A stretch of 64,000 nucleotides of DNA from Diadema antillarum (taxonomy: Eukaryota), in the NCBI RefSeq assembly GCF_040938485.1, contig NW_027271172.1, positions 4,712,001 to 4,776,000 on the forward strand, read 5' to 3'. Below, one piece after another: positions 34,918 to 48,507 of the stretch. A program made the translations under genes and the position numbers. The notes below the pieces were generated by a model. It was not told the DNA's origin, ran no database searches, and was given only the letters and a program-made list of their open reading frames with translations. Numbering within the stretch: position 1 is the stretch's first letter; each line of letters begins with the position of its first letter.

Positions 34918-36942
34918 GTATATATAATATATATACAGGTTGGAGTGTTTTTTAAAGGGATGGTAGGGGCGCTGAGCATGCTCCCAAAGAATTACATTTA
35001 GATGGTCATTTTTCGTGCCTTTGTAGGCCTACACGTTTGCGTTTACTGATATGTGGGGGGGGGGACTGAAGGTGAAGCGAATCCTGCCCCCCCCCCCCCC
35101 GATATTGAAACGCATATCGACACAATAGGCCTACACATGACGAGTACTAGTAATCTAACAGAATGTAAGTATAATATAACACTTTTTCCATCTCCGTTGA
35201 TTGATGATTAAAATATTGACAGGAAAGATTGAAGGGAAAAGGAGTGGAGAGGAAGAGCATGGATGTAAAGCTTGAAGGGAAAGTACACTGTAGTTGAAAG
35301 TTGTGGAATAGGCTAGCTGGTACATGTGCATGTATGTATCAGAGAGTTGTGAAATAACATGATCGCTTAAATCTAATGACACCTGAATGGAATAAACATT
35401 ATAATATTATATACATTGGAAAATGTTTGCCATTTTTCTCATTTTAAAATTAGTACATTGTATCAAAAGTACTGTATTTCTCTTTCAGACCCCCCTCACT
35501 CTCTTATTTCTAAAACGTCTCTTTCTCTTCTCCCGTCTCTCCATACGCCACAAGTATTTGTTCCAAATACAAGCTCTCTCAATATCTCTTGACTCTCTCT
35601 CATATCACATGATTTCTGTTTCTAAGACCCCCTCTCTATATATACATTGTATGTACATGTATTAATTTTATTTCTCAGACCCCAACCCCCTTTGTTATAT
35701 CTGTTGCTATTAAAGGCCCCTAAATCTATCTTCATACTGATGGTATATTATTTGGTTTCTCAAGCCTGTCCCTTTTTTCTTCGTACTAGTTTCAAAGACT
35801 CACTCTGCATATTCATTTTCCGACCTCTCTCGACCCCCTCCTTTTTCAAATGCATTACTCGTGTATTCCTTCCTCGATCACTGCTTGAATTAGCCTATCA
35901 TACAATTTATTTGTTTCTCATACTCGAGTCTCTGTCTCTCCCCTTCTCTCTTTCTGATTCTTAAACTTTACAATGTTTGTTTACAAGACTACTTTCTACT
36001 CTCTACATTGATCAGTTTGTCTAGAAACATGTACAGTACGTCACATGTATGAAGGACAATTACACCACTATTGCATGAAGTCATTATGCACTTTATTCAC
36101 TTCTTTATGTTCAAGCACTTTTTTTTCATGAAGGTACAGATGTAATCTGATCATCCAATATCCAAGAAGTATTGTAATACAAACTAGAACTATTACTCAA
36201 TGTGATTAATACCCCCAAAACTAAACACTGAGGCAGTTAGCTCAACAGGCAATGATTACTTTGTATGCTTCTCTTTGAAAAAAAAAAAAAACCATGACAA
36301 CGTATTGTTCAACATTGAATGAAATTAACAGTAATGTGTTATTTTGCTCACTGATAGTCACATGTGCCATATTTCAAGTCAAGTGCTCAAAACGTGAGTG
36401 AGTAAAGTAAGTAAATCAGCAATTTCTATGATTTTCATTTAAAAATATTGTTACCATGTCAACACAATGTTTGACATTAAGAAAAAATGAAGTTTGCACA
36501 ACTATATGTCATAGCTGTCACATGTGCCAAATTTCAAGTCAAATGCTCAAAAATCTGAGGGAGTTAGGTGAATTCACAATATCATTGTATGATTTTCTTT
36601 CAAAATATGCTGTCACCATGTATTGTGTAGAGCCCACTAATGTCAACAATAATCGACCAGTAGAGTCATAACAACCACTAATGTGACTGTCATATCTACA
36701 AGCTATATGCTTACTTGACGACAGTCTTCTGCATTTACACTCCCTTAATTCAGTCAGATCATTTGATTTTCTTTATTCCGAGTGGTTCCCAATCGACGCG
36801 TTCTCTTACTCTTTTCTGTAATCTGTACACGTATATCTCAATTTCATATTCGGATGTACACACTGCATGTTTCATTCTCTTGTAAACAAAAAGAAATGAC
36901 TGTACTTCATTTTTGTAATGTCATGATCTATGCAGAAAATTC

Positions 36943-37293
36943 AATGTACCCCCTCCCAATTTCGCAGCCCCTCCATCACGACAACGCCCAACTCTTCAAC
37001 AACCTGCAGCAACGACCCATTCATTCAATACGCGAGTCCGCCCTCCTCGATATACCCAGTTCACTCATCCGTCACACTATGGAATACCCCCCACCATCAC
37101 GCCTCAACCCATGTTACGTCCATCCTTTGCTTCAGTAGTTCGCGGAACAAATAATGCTATGTCCCCCTATCCCAACGTCTGCGAACTGTGTGGTGAGCCT
37201 AATCATCGGGCGTGATCATGCCGTCATGGTATCCAACTTCAATGCAGACGTTGCTCTCAATACGGTCACAAAGCAAAAGTTTGCCCCTATTAG
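36943..37293 (+). pseudogene. LINE ORF1 C-terminal remnant with two CCHC zinc knuckles and an in-frame TGA
   Basis: Hand translation: Pro-rich stretch then CELCGEPNHRA*SC and CRRCSQYGHKAKVC (both C-x2-C-x4-H-x4-C). TGA at 37213-37215, TAG at 37291-37293. Confidence 0.85.
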
Positions 37294-37359
37294 GTAGCTG
37301 GCCACGAAGAGTGTGCCAAAGACACAGAAGTAAGCTCCGTAAACCCTCCTGCTAATGTT

Positions 37360-40191
37360 TTGCCAAGAAATGAGTATTCGAAATGTTCTTCTATATTATC
37401 ACGTATTAAAGGTTTAAAAATCGCTCATCTTAATGTCAGGAGCCTTATTGATAAGATTGATGAAATTCGATTATTACTGAACAGGATTCACTTTGATTTA
37501 TTATGCTTATCTGAAACATGGCTTCACGAATTGATTAGTGATGATTTGATATCAATTGATGATTATGTACTTGTACGCAAAGATAGAGTAGAAAAAAGAC
37601 GTGGTGGAGGAGTTTGTATATACATTCATAAAACGCTATCTTTCATTATAAGACAGGACCTTTTTTCAGACTCTCTGGAAGCTGTATGGATTGAATTGTT
37701 ACAAACTAGGATGGAAAATTTAATCGTTGGTTGTGTATATAGACCACCTAATGCAGATAGGTTGTATTTTGATTGTTTTTTGGATATTCTTGAGAAAATA
37801 ACAGATGAAAATAAAGAGAATGTGATTTTGGGAGATTTGAATTATGATTATAAGTTTGATGAAAATTTGTGTAATAATCCTATCAATTTGATTGAAAATT
37901 TGTTTTTGTTAACACAAATCGTTCACAAGCCGACGAGGGTAACAGATAAATCATCAAAGTGTTTAGATCATATACTTACCAGTTTCCCTCATAAACATAC
38001 TGTCTGTAATGTAGCTAAGATTTCAATCAGCGATCATTATCTTATATCACATGTGTTGACATGAGGATAAGTACTGATAGGAAACATATAGAAATTGTCT
38101 TCCGTGATTTTAATGCGTTTGATGAGATTAGGTTCTTGGATGATCTTAAGAGAGTTTTTTCAATGAATGATTTCACGGATGAGGCAGAAGGAGTTAGTGA
38201 AAAATGGATAAAATGGAAAACTATATTTTTACAAGTATGTGATATGCACGCCCCTTTAAAAAGGGTAAGAGTTAAACAGAGATGTTGTCCATGGATCACA
38301 AAAGATATTGTAAAGCTGATTTATAAAAGAGACTATTTAAAGAAAAAATGTGAATCCCAACCTCTTTTTAAGAAGGAATATCAAAGAGTTAGAAACAGTA
38401 TTACAAAACTTAGACGCAGTAGTAAAAAGAAGTATATGAATGTTATGTTAGATAAATGTAAAAATGACAGTAAGAGAGTGTGGAGAGAACTGAATAGAGT
38501 CACGGGTAGAAAACGTAAAGAAGATAACTTACCGATGGAATTGACTGCCGATAAATTGAATGAATATTTTGTTAATGTCGGTAAACAAATAGTAGAAGGT
38601 GGTAAAAGTACTTTTCAATGGAATCATTCTGAATGTATTTATGAGTTTATTTTTGATTGTGTCTCTGTCGATAGCATTCGTAATTCTCTCATAAATCTTG
38701 GTAAAGATAGCAACCTTGACATTCTGAGTTTTGATTCTAAGTTGTTATGTATAGCTGCTCCTGTCATTTCTGAAACACTTTGTATTATATATAATAAGAG
38801 TTTGACTGATGGAATTGTTCCCACTGAATGGAAAAGGGCTAAAACGACGCCTATATACAAGGGCAAAGGAAGTAAAAATGATCCTTCAAATTATAGACCA
38901 ATTTCTGTCGCTTGTCATGTATCAAAAATTTTTGAAAAGCAGATTAAAGATCAGTTATTGGCATATCTTCAGCAAAATGATTTGATTAACATAGATCAAG
39001 CTGCATTCTTGCCCCATCACTCAACTAACACTTGTCTCCATCGAGCTGTTGATGATTGGTTGGAGTCTTTTAACGATCGTGAAGTAGTTGCAGCATGTTT
39101 CCTTGATATTTCTAAGTGTTTCGATACAATTGATCATACGTTATTATTGCATAAGTTGGAATGTTATGGCATCAAGGGCAAACAATTGAAATGGTTTTCT
39201 GACTATTTAACTGGTAGGAGTCAAAATGTTTTTTTGTCATGGTCATCTCTCAACATCTGAAAGTATTACGACAGGGGTACCACAAGGGAGTGTACTTGGG
39301 CCTATACTTTTCCTCATATTTATTAATGATATTTCCGAATCTGTATATTCATGTTCCTGTAATGTATTCGCAGATGATGTAGTAATTTATTGTTCGCACA
39401 AAGATACTGATAGAGTTACATCAATGTTGCAAAATGATCTGAACTCGATATATAGATGGTACAAGAGAAACAGATTAAGTATTAATTTAGATAAGACTAA
39501 GGTAATGTTATTAAGTCCACGGTGCTCCAAAAGTTTGAACATTTTTCTTGATGGAAAAAGGATTGAACAGGTTCATGATTTTAGGTATTTGGGTGTTATA
39601 ATAGACGACCATCTTCATTGGGATGCACACGTACAAAATTTAGCCAAATCTATTTCTATGAAATTATTTATGTTACGAAAAATGAACCAATTTTTGGATA
39701 AAGATTCACTTAAACTTTTGTATACTGCAGTTGTTCAACTGTGTATTGATTATTCATGCTCCGTTTGGGGAAATTGCTCTGCTAAAAATAGAAATATTCT
39801 ATATCGATTACAAAAGAGGGCAGCACGAATCATCACATCAAATTTTGATTACGAAACTGCAAATGGGAATGACATAATCAAGGTTTTGAATTTGCAAGCA
39901 TTTGAAAATAGAAGGAATTATTTTTTGTCAACGCTCATGTATAAATGCATCCCTGGACTTGCCCCCACCCGAATGTGCAATAATATTGAGATGACTTTTG
40001 ACAGGCATGGGTTTAATACAAGAGCAGCTGATTCTTTGAATGTGGTACCACCTAAACCGAATGTAGAGTGTTTTAAAAGCTGTTTTAGATATGCAGGAGG
40101 AAAGGTATGGAACTCACTACCAAATGTTTTAAAGAAATCAAAGTCATTGTCAGCTTTTAAGTTGTTATATAAGAAAATGTATTTTCACTGA
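37360..40191 (+). pseudogene. LINE ORF2 (APE endonuclease + RT), frameshifted near 38061 and 39230
   Basis: Three overlapping ORF-track segments give a colinear EN-RT protein. Confidence 0.92.
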
Positions 40192-41590
40192 TTTTATCAA
40201 ACGCCCTGTTTTTACATAATATGTACCATATTATTTTTTGTCACACTGTGTTACCCACACTTGCCTGGTGCAAATTATGTGTGCATGGATCCCTGAATGT
40301 GTGTTATGGGTATACATGCATTCGACTGTTTAGGTTAAACGGGCATGACTGCCAGATTGCATGTAATCTATTTATTAGTGTAGATTTTTACATAGAATTT
40401 CTATCTGCTTTTTATGATCGTGGACTTGTTGATTCAAGTCCTTTCTGGCAGAGTTTTTACATTCCTTTTGTACACCAAATGGTATGATTGTGTATATAAT
40501 CTTGCATCATTTTATTCACTGTTTTAATATATTCTTTTGTATCATATTGTTTCATTATATCATACTTAGACTGGTTACTACTGATTTCAATTTAACGTAT
40601 TGCTCCTTTCAGCTCTGATTGCTTGTTTAATTGTAGTGGTTTTTATGCTTATTTATGTAACATGATTTTTGTATTTATATACGGTTGGATTGTACAGGAC
40701 CTTGATGTAAAACAGCATTCACTTGCTGATCTTGTTATCCTGTCAAAATATGTTGAAATAAATAAAATAAAATAAATAAATAAAATAGATTCATTTGTAT
40801 TTGGATCGTGTAATGTCATAACAACCACTAATATCATCATAACATGTCGACGACAAATGTCATAATGGCCATAACACTAATGTCATAACACGTCGACGAC
40901 AACTGTCAAAATCGGATTAACCACAAATGTCATAACACGTCGACGACAAATGTCAAAATTTCCATATAACTGCAAATGTCATAACACGTCGACGACAAAT
41001 GTTAAAATCGAATTAATCACAAAATGTCGACCACAAATGTCAATTTTTTTCAAATTTACTGCAAATGTCATAACGCGTCACAGGGGAGGATCTAGGAATT
41101 CCGTAAAGGAGGCGCCTTTACAAAATCACAGACTGGCGCGACCCCCCCCCCCCATTTTCTTCTTTTTATTTCTGTTGTTTTAACAAAATATAGAGAGGGG
41201 GCACAAGAGAGGGAAGCGCCCCCTCTCGATCCGCGATTGCGTCAACCACAAATGTCAAAATCGGATTAACCACAAATGTCATAACACCTCGACCAGAAAT
41301 GTCAAAATTTCCAAATTTACTGCAATAATGTCATAACGCGTCACAGGGGAAGATCCAGGAATTCCGTAAAGGGGAGGCGCCTTTACAAAATCAAAAGCTG
41401 GCGCAACCAGCTTCCTTTTTATTTCATTTTATTTCTTTTTGTTTTAACAAAAATAGAGAAGGAGAGGGGCGCCGCGCCGCCCCTCTAGAACCGCGACTGC
41501 GTCAACCACAAAACCCAGTCCTTGCATTACAGGGAGGCGACTTTTCAAAACTATACAAGCTGGCGCAACCCGCCCCCCCCCCCCCCCCAT

Positions 41591-43628
41591 TTTTTAGGTG
41601 ATCCGAGTATCCTCTCGGATCACCTATTGTATCTGTACGGATTCTTTCTTTCTTTATTTCTGGACAAAAGTTGTGCAGAGGTTAGTTCAGAAAGTGCATT
41701 GCCTATCAATGTCAAACTTATACCATATATGTATCATGTCGCAAAGACGACAGCGCAAGTAAAATCATAGTGATCAGTCAACCGTGACGTCACTATGACG
41801 TCATTATATGAAAACACATTTTCATGCATATCTCATTAATGGAATGGAATATTTCAATGAAATTTACGTCACATATATTTCAAGTCAAGCGAATTCTACT
41901 CATATTCTCAAAATTCATATTTATTTTAAAACGCGCGCGTACGCGCGCGTTCAAATATTCGTATGCTCAAATCGAGCTCAAATTTTTTTTGCACACGTTT
42001 CAGACCATTTGGAACATTTTTTGAAAAATTGAAAAAATTGGACGGACGTACGCGCGTGCACATATTCGCACACACAGCTCATATGCAATGGAAATTTCCC
42101 GTTTTTTTACACTTATCGGATGCCTAAAATGTCAAGGAATATTTCTACCAAGTTTCCAGTCAATCTGACTCAATATGACGTCATACGGGCCCGTCAAAGT
42201 TGATATTCCGCGCGCGCGTCAATGGCGATATACAGTGCAACGATGCCAAAAAAACGCCAATTTTAAATCCGATTTTACTCGTCAGGATGGACAGTAACCC
42301 CCCATTTTCTTTACATATTCTGAAAGCTGATGAGTTGGACATGTTATTTCATGGGTTGACGATGCTGGTAAAATGATTAAAAGATATCAAATTTCTTAAT
42401 AAAGTAAAAAAGGTAAATTTTCAAAATGACGTCATCAAATTTCAAGTTCACTCGAGCGTATCTCACTTATCCTTTGCCAATTTACACCCAGATTTCAGTA
42501 TGTTGTAGCTTTTTAAATGATCTTTCATTAATATTATTACAACATTTTGATAGGATGACGGCATCACCTCGTAAAAATGGATTGAAAGTAATATTGTCAA
42601 ATTTGACCTGTTTACGTGTTATCTCTATGGGACAGCAGTTTTTCTGGCAGTGAAAATTGACATGACTCTCTTTTTCGAGCACTAGCTCACTAATGCTTCA
42701 GTGAATTTCTCCCAGATTTTAGTATGTTGTAGCTGAGACTTTGGGCTATTGTACATGTGCCCTCCATTTTTTCATACGATGTCGGCATCACGTCGAAAAA
42801 CTTGGTTGAAAATGGCACGAGGCTTCGATGCAGCGTCATTTTGCTTAATACACAGGGCCTATGGAGAATGAAATAGGTCATTGCGTAGCGCATCCGACTC
42901 GTAATCCTATTAGGTCCCTGGTTCGAGGCTCACCCCTGCCAATTTTTTTTTTAAATTTTTTAAACACTTTTTTCTTCTTTTTCTTTAGTTAATCTTAATC
43001 TCCCTTTCCTTACTTTATCTTTTTCTGATTTTTTAATGCTTCTCCTTCAAATTTCTATAAAATAGCATAATTTTTTCTTTATTTTTCTTTCTTTCTACTA
43101 CTTTCTGTGAAATAGATGAACAACAACAATGGCTATCAATCCCATATTTTGCACATGTTTAGTACATGTCACGTACATTATTTCATAAAATAACAACTAC
43201 TTGATCGGACACCATCTTGGGTATGTAAATTAGAGTCAAAGGTCATAAATGTTTCATCCTGTATCTTGGTGAATACAGTGTACATGTCCTATCTTTCCCA
43301 TATTTTGCACACTCAAAGACCATGTTACAAGAATCATTTCATAAAATAATCACTTTTTGCTTGGACGCCATCTTGGGTGTGCAAAGTGAGGTCAAAGGTC
43401 AAATATACTTCATTCTGTATTTCCGTTAGTGTATACGGAATTCGGTACCAAAGATGGCAGGTCTCACTCCCTTTTCTAAATGAGAATCCAAACATCACAC
43501 GGCCAATGTCCCGTCAACACAGATGAAACCTGTATGGTCATGAATATTTGGATCAGGACTCAAATCATTGATTTTCGAAGAGATCGGATCACCTAATTTG
43601 TCAGTGTTGACAAATTCCGGTTCTAGTT
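41591..43628 (+). mobile_element. Second Helentron-associated (HINE-like) element, ~2 kb, with nested repeats
   Basis: T-run, subTIR ttaggtgatccga with IR tcggatcaccta; 3' subTIR tcggatcacctaa, hairpin aatttgtca-gtgt-tgacaaatt, terminal ctagtt. Confidence 0.75.
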
Positions 43629-46600
43629 TTCTTTTTACTTCTGTTGTTTTAACAAAAATAGAAAGGGGGCACCAGAGGGGGCGCTCCCTCTCGATTCGCG
43701 ATTGCGTCATCCACAAATGTCAAAACTCATTGCTTGCATTTCAGGGGCGGATCCAAGAATTCCGTAAAGGGAAGACACCTTTCAAAATGAAAGGCTGGCG
43801 CAACCCCCTCCCCCTTATTTTTTTTTCGTTTTATTTCTTTTGTTTAAACGAATAAAAAGAAAGAGAAAGAAAATGGAGGAGGGGGTGCGGCAGTCTTTAC
43901 TTTTGTAAAGGCGCCTCCCCCTCCGCGTTATGACATTTGCAGTAAATTCGGAAATTTTGACTTTTCTGGTCGACGTGTTATGACATTGGTGGTTAATCCG
44001 TTTTTGACATAATTTTGTGGTTGACGAAATCGCGGATCGGGGGGGGGGGGGGGCGGCGCATCCCCCTCTGTTATTTATTTTTTTTTGTTTAAACAACAGA
44101 AATAAAAAGAAAAAACGGGGGGGGGGGGAGGGTTGGCAGCCTTTAATAATTTTGTAAAGGCGCCTCCCTTCTTTATACGGAATAATTCCTGGACCAATCC
44201 CTGTAGTGCAAGCAATGGGTTTTGCCATTAACTTGTGGTTGACGCAGTCGCGGATCTATAGAGTGGGGCGCGGCGCCCCTCCCCGTTTCTATTTTTCTTA
44301 AAACAGAAGAAATAAAATGAAAAAAAAGGGAGGGAGTTGCGCCAACCTTTGATTTTGTAAAGGCGCATCCCCTTAACAGAATTCCTGGATCATCCCCTGT
44401 GACGCCTTATGACATTTGCAGTAAATTTGGAAATTTTGACATTTCTGGTCGACGTGTTATGGCATTTGTGGTTAATTCGATTTTGACATTTGTGGTTGAC
44501 GCAATCGCGGATCGAGAGGGGGCGCATCCCTCTCTGCGTGCCCCCTCTCTGATATATTTTGTTAAAGCAACAGAAATAAAAAGAAGAAAATGGGGGGGGG
44601 GGGGGTCGCGCCAGCCTTTGATTTTGCAAAGGCGCCTCCCCTTTACGGAATTCCTGGATCCTCCCCTGTGACGAGTTATAACATTTGCAGTAAATTTTGA
44701 AATTTTGACATTAGTGGTCGACGTGTTATGACTTTGTGGTTAATTCGATTTTGGCATTTGTCGTCGACGTGTTAGGACATTTGTGGTCACTATGACATTT
44801 GTCGTCAACGTGTTATGACATTAGAGGTTGTTATGATATTGCATGATCCAAATTCAAATGAATTTATGAAGGATTTTCTGCATCGATCATGATATTACAA
44901 AAATGAAATACAGTCATTTCTTTTTGTTTACGAGACATATAGATAAACGTGTACAGATTAAAGAAAAGAGAACACGTCGATTGACCCACTCGGAATAAAG
45001 AAAATCGAATGATCTGACTGCATTATGGCACATGAATTGAGAGTGTAAATTCAGAAGACTGTCGTCAAATAAGCATATAGCTTGAAGATGCGACAGCCAC
45101 ATTAGTGGTTGTTATGACTCTACTGGTCGATTATTGTTGACATTAGTGGGCTCTACACAATACATGGTGACAGCATATTTTGAAAGAAAATCATACAATG
45201 ATATTGTGAATTCACCTAACTCCCTCAGCTTTTGAGCATCTGACTTGAAATTTGGCACATGTGACAGCTATTATAGTTTTGCAAACTTCATTTTTTCTTA
45301 ATGTCAAACATTGTGTTTTCATGATAACAATATTTTAATGAAAATCGTAGAAATTGCTGATTTATTTCCTTTACTCACTCAGGTTTTGAGCACTTGACTT
45401 GAGATATGGCACATTATTGTGAGTGAGCAAAATAACACATTACTGTACTGTTAATTTTATTCAATGTTAAACAATGCATTGTCATATGGTTTTTTTTTTC
45501 CAAGAAAAGCATACAAAGTAATCATTGCTAGTTGAGCTAACTGCCTCAGTGTTTAGTTTGGGGTATTAATCACATAGGTGATACTTCTAGTTCGTATTAC
45601 AGTACTTCTTGGATATTGGAGGATCAGATTACATCTGTACCTTCATGAAAAAAGTGCTTGAATATAAAGAAGTGAATAAAGTGCATAATAATGACTTCAT
45701 GCAATAGTGGTGTAATTTTCCTTCATTACATGTGACTGCTTATGTACATGTTTCTAGACAAACTGATCAATGTAGAGAGTAGAAAGTGGTCTTGTAAACA
45801 AACATTGTTAAGTTTAAGAATCAGAAAGAGAGAAGGGGGAGAGACAGAGACTCGAGTATGAGAAACAAATAAATTGTATATATGATAGGCTAATTTAAGC
45901 AGTGATCGAGGGAGGAATACACGAGTAATGCATTTGAAAAAAGAGGGGTCGAGAGAGGTCGGAAAAATGAATATGCAGATAGTGAGTCTTTGAAACTAGT
46001 ATGAAGAAAAGAGGGGCAGGTTTGAGAAACAAAATAATATACCATCAGTATGAAGATAGATTTAGGGCCTTTAATAGCAACAGATTTAACAGAGGGGGGT
46101 TGGGGTCTGAGAAATAAAATTAATACATGTCAATACAATGTATATAGAGGGGGTCTTAGAAACAGAAATCATGTGATATGAGAGGGAGTCAAGACAGATA
46201 GAGACAGCTTGTATTTGGAACAAAAATACGTATGATGTATGGAGAGACGGGAGAAGAGAGAGAGACGTTTAAGAAATAAGAGAGTGAGGGGGGTCTGAAA
46301 GACAAATACATTACTTTTGATACAATGTATTGATTTTAAAGTGAGAAAAATGGCAAAGATTTTCCAATGTATTTCATTCCATTCAGGTGTCATTAGATTT
46401 AAGCGATCATGTTATTTCACAACTCTCTGATACATCTACATGCACATGTACCAGCCTATTCCATAACTTTCAGATTTTTTGTTTTGTATTGTTTTGTTTT
46501 TCGCACTCTCACTCGTTTACATTATTGGACGCAGGTCTACCACCGCAAGCAAAACTTTCACAGCGCGTACAAACACTCGCTGATGCACGTGTACGAATCG

Positions 46601-47775
46601 AATCGTCGCGAGCGGAGGCACTGTACAAGTACAAGTAACCCACAGAACTCTTCGCAACCCGAGCGGAGTAAGCATAGACGCATCACGAGCGGTTTCATTG
46701 AATTAAATTGCGAAAAACCACAGGCTTGCGTGTAAATAAAAAATACGCATCCCGCGGTGTGCCGTGTTGTGCGTTGGCATCCAGTCAGTCGTCACGGCGT
46801 GCGAATCTCGAAAGAGCGCGGAGGACGTATGCACGCTCGGAGCGGTCATGAATACATAATTGCTGTGTGGTGTTCTTTTTAAACTATCGTTGTGCAGCCC
46901 CAGCATAACATTTACAGCTCATTTTTACATTAAATGAAAGAAGAAAGCTCAAGGTCTAATTTAATGACAATGATTTGATAATACTGGAAAGGGAATTAGG
47001 GTAAAAATACGAGTAATTTCACGCGTTGAAAATATAAAATTTAAACCCGAAAGAAGTGGGTCAAATACGTTCTTAACCACCTTGCATCTCTTTCAAACTA
47101 AATAAGTAGGATACTTGATTATATTATTTTCAAAATATGGAAAAATCAAGTCACTCTATCTTTTATACCTCATGGGATCCAGCAAACTACAACAGTATGT
47201 CACATCACTCTTTGTTCGAAATCGTCCATTAGCGCATTCGTACAATGCTGGATCGTGATTGGTCAGAACCGAAGGTCGCATCACATCATCACATCGTCTG
47301 CTACTGTGTTTTTTTTAACTTCCTGTGTCGGGTCTCGAAGACTGAAACTCGGCTTAAACGTGTATATAATAGGTTTATTCTGTTATATTCTGTCAAAATT
47401 TCGTAGATAATTATTTAAGGATTCGTTATCGCCACTTTGTGTTCGTATGGATTTGTCGTTTGTTTGACTACTTGCAGATACGAGCACGTCAGCAATTTCA
47501 CACGTTGTAAAAAAAAAAAAAAAAAACCACTTGGGTTTAGTCCCGTATACTCATATTTGTGTTACGATGTTTCTCATGCCTTTTCTTTTCTGAAATGTTC
47601 CATTGTGATTTTCTTTTCATGTTTAGTTTTACATCAAGTTGTCTTCAAAGTTACGGTTTAATAAACAAAATAACCTTGTGTCTGTTTTTTTCCTTGGACA
47701 TTCTCACTCCTTCAAATTATATTTCTGGTTTTGATGATATTGTAAGAGTGCTGGTTGTATGTGTCGGTAGCGTGG

Positions 47776-48507
47776 TGTGCACTCTTAACTATAGTATATG
47801 ATGTCAAGCCACAGTCGAACATTAGTCCATGCAGGAGACAAGGTGGTAGTTCCAAGATATACAATTGCTTATTAAGTATAATAATCAGGAACAGTAGGTT
47901 GAACATTACAATGATTCCGAATTCAAGAATGATGAATAATATTGACGAGGGAACATTGTAAGTACTAAATGGAAAGAATGCTGTTTACTCCTTCTTGGCT
48001 CATGACCGAACAGAGTCGGGGCCGGAGTCAGATTCCCTTTTCAACACCAGGAGCACAAGATATATATGAGCATGGATAGGAGAGGGTATCTGATGTGGGG
48101 ATTATAGTTTTATTGAACAGTACTGAGTAAGGGACTGGCTGTGGGAATTGTAAACACAGTTAGTCTGAATTTACTTAAACTTGATTGGGGACAAAGGGAA
48201 AGATTAACTATTGAGTAGAGATTAACCAAAGTAATAACAAAGATGGTTGGGTGCGGAATGGAAGTTTAATTGGAGGTTTGATGGTCTTGTTTATAAAAGG
48301 ACAGGAGACTATAAAACTGGGAAGTGTACGCAGGGTTTTGGATTGAGCTGATCTTATATTTAGACAGAATGATTGGGCAGGAAATGGGGATAAATTCTTA
48401 ACCCGGTCAATCAAGAAACACTTGTATTCTACATAAGGTTTGTTCTGTTTTATGATTTTAAATTAATGATTCGCTAAAGTATGAAGTCCCAATTTCTCCA
48501 TCTTACA
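47776..48507 (-). mobile_element. LTR-A, 3' copy (TGT...ACA), preceded on the minus strand by a purine-rich tract
   Basis: Direct repeat of 60240-60800 (3 mismatches in the first ~143 bp; extra ~170 bp at 47921-48088). Minus-strand gaaagatgagacgaa|TGT looks like a PPT. Confidence 0.7.

Larger units (their letters stand above)
36943..40786 (+). mobile_element. Near-full-length LINE (L2/Crack/Daphne group), truncated within ORF1; ORF2 broken by two frameshifts; A-rich tail
   Basis: ORF1 remnant, then APE endonuclease (37360-38064: HLNVRSL, LCLSETWL, GGGVCIY, VYRPP, GDLNYD, LDHI, SDH), RT (38061-39260 and 39226-40191: NYRPIS, DISKCFDT, GVPQGSVLGP, FADD), and tail (aaaat/aaat)n at 40756-40786. 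Confidence 0.93.
33321..46755. repeat. Giant interrupted palindrome (inverted duplication, ~2.9-kb arms)
   Basis: 33321-33615, 35295-36942, 40787-41590 and 43629-43845 match, in order, the reverse complement of 46755-43846. Confidence 0.85.
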
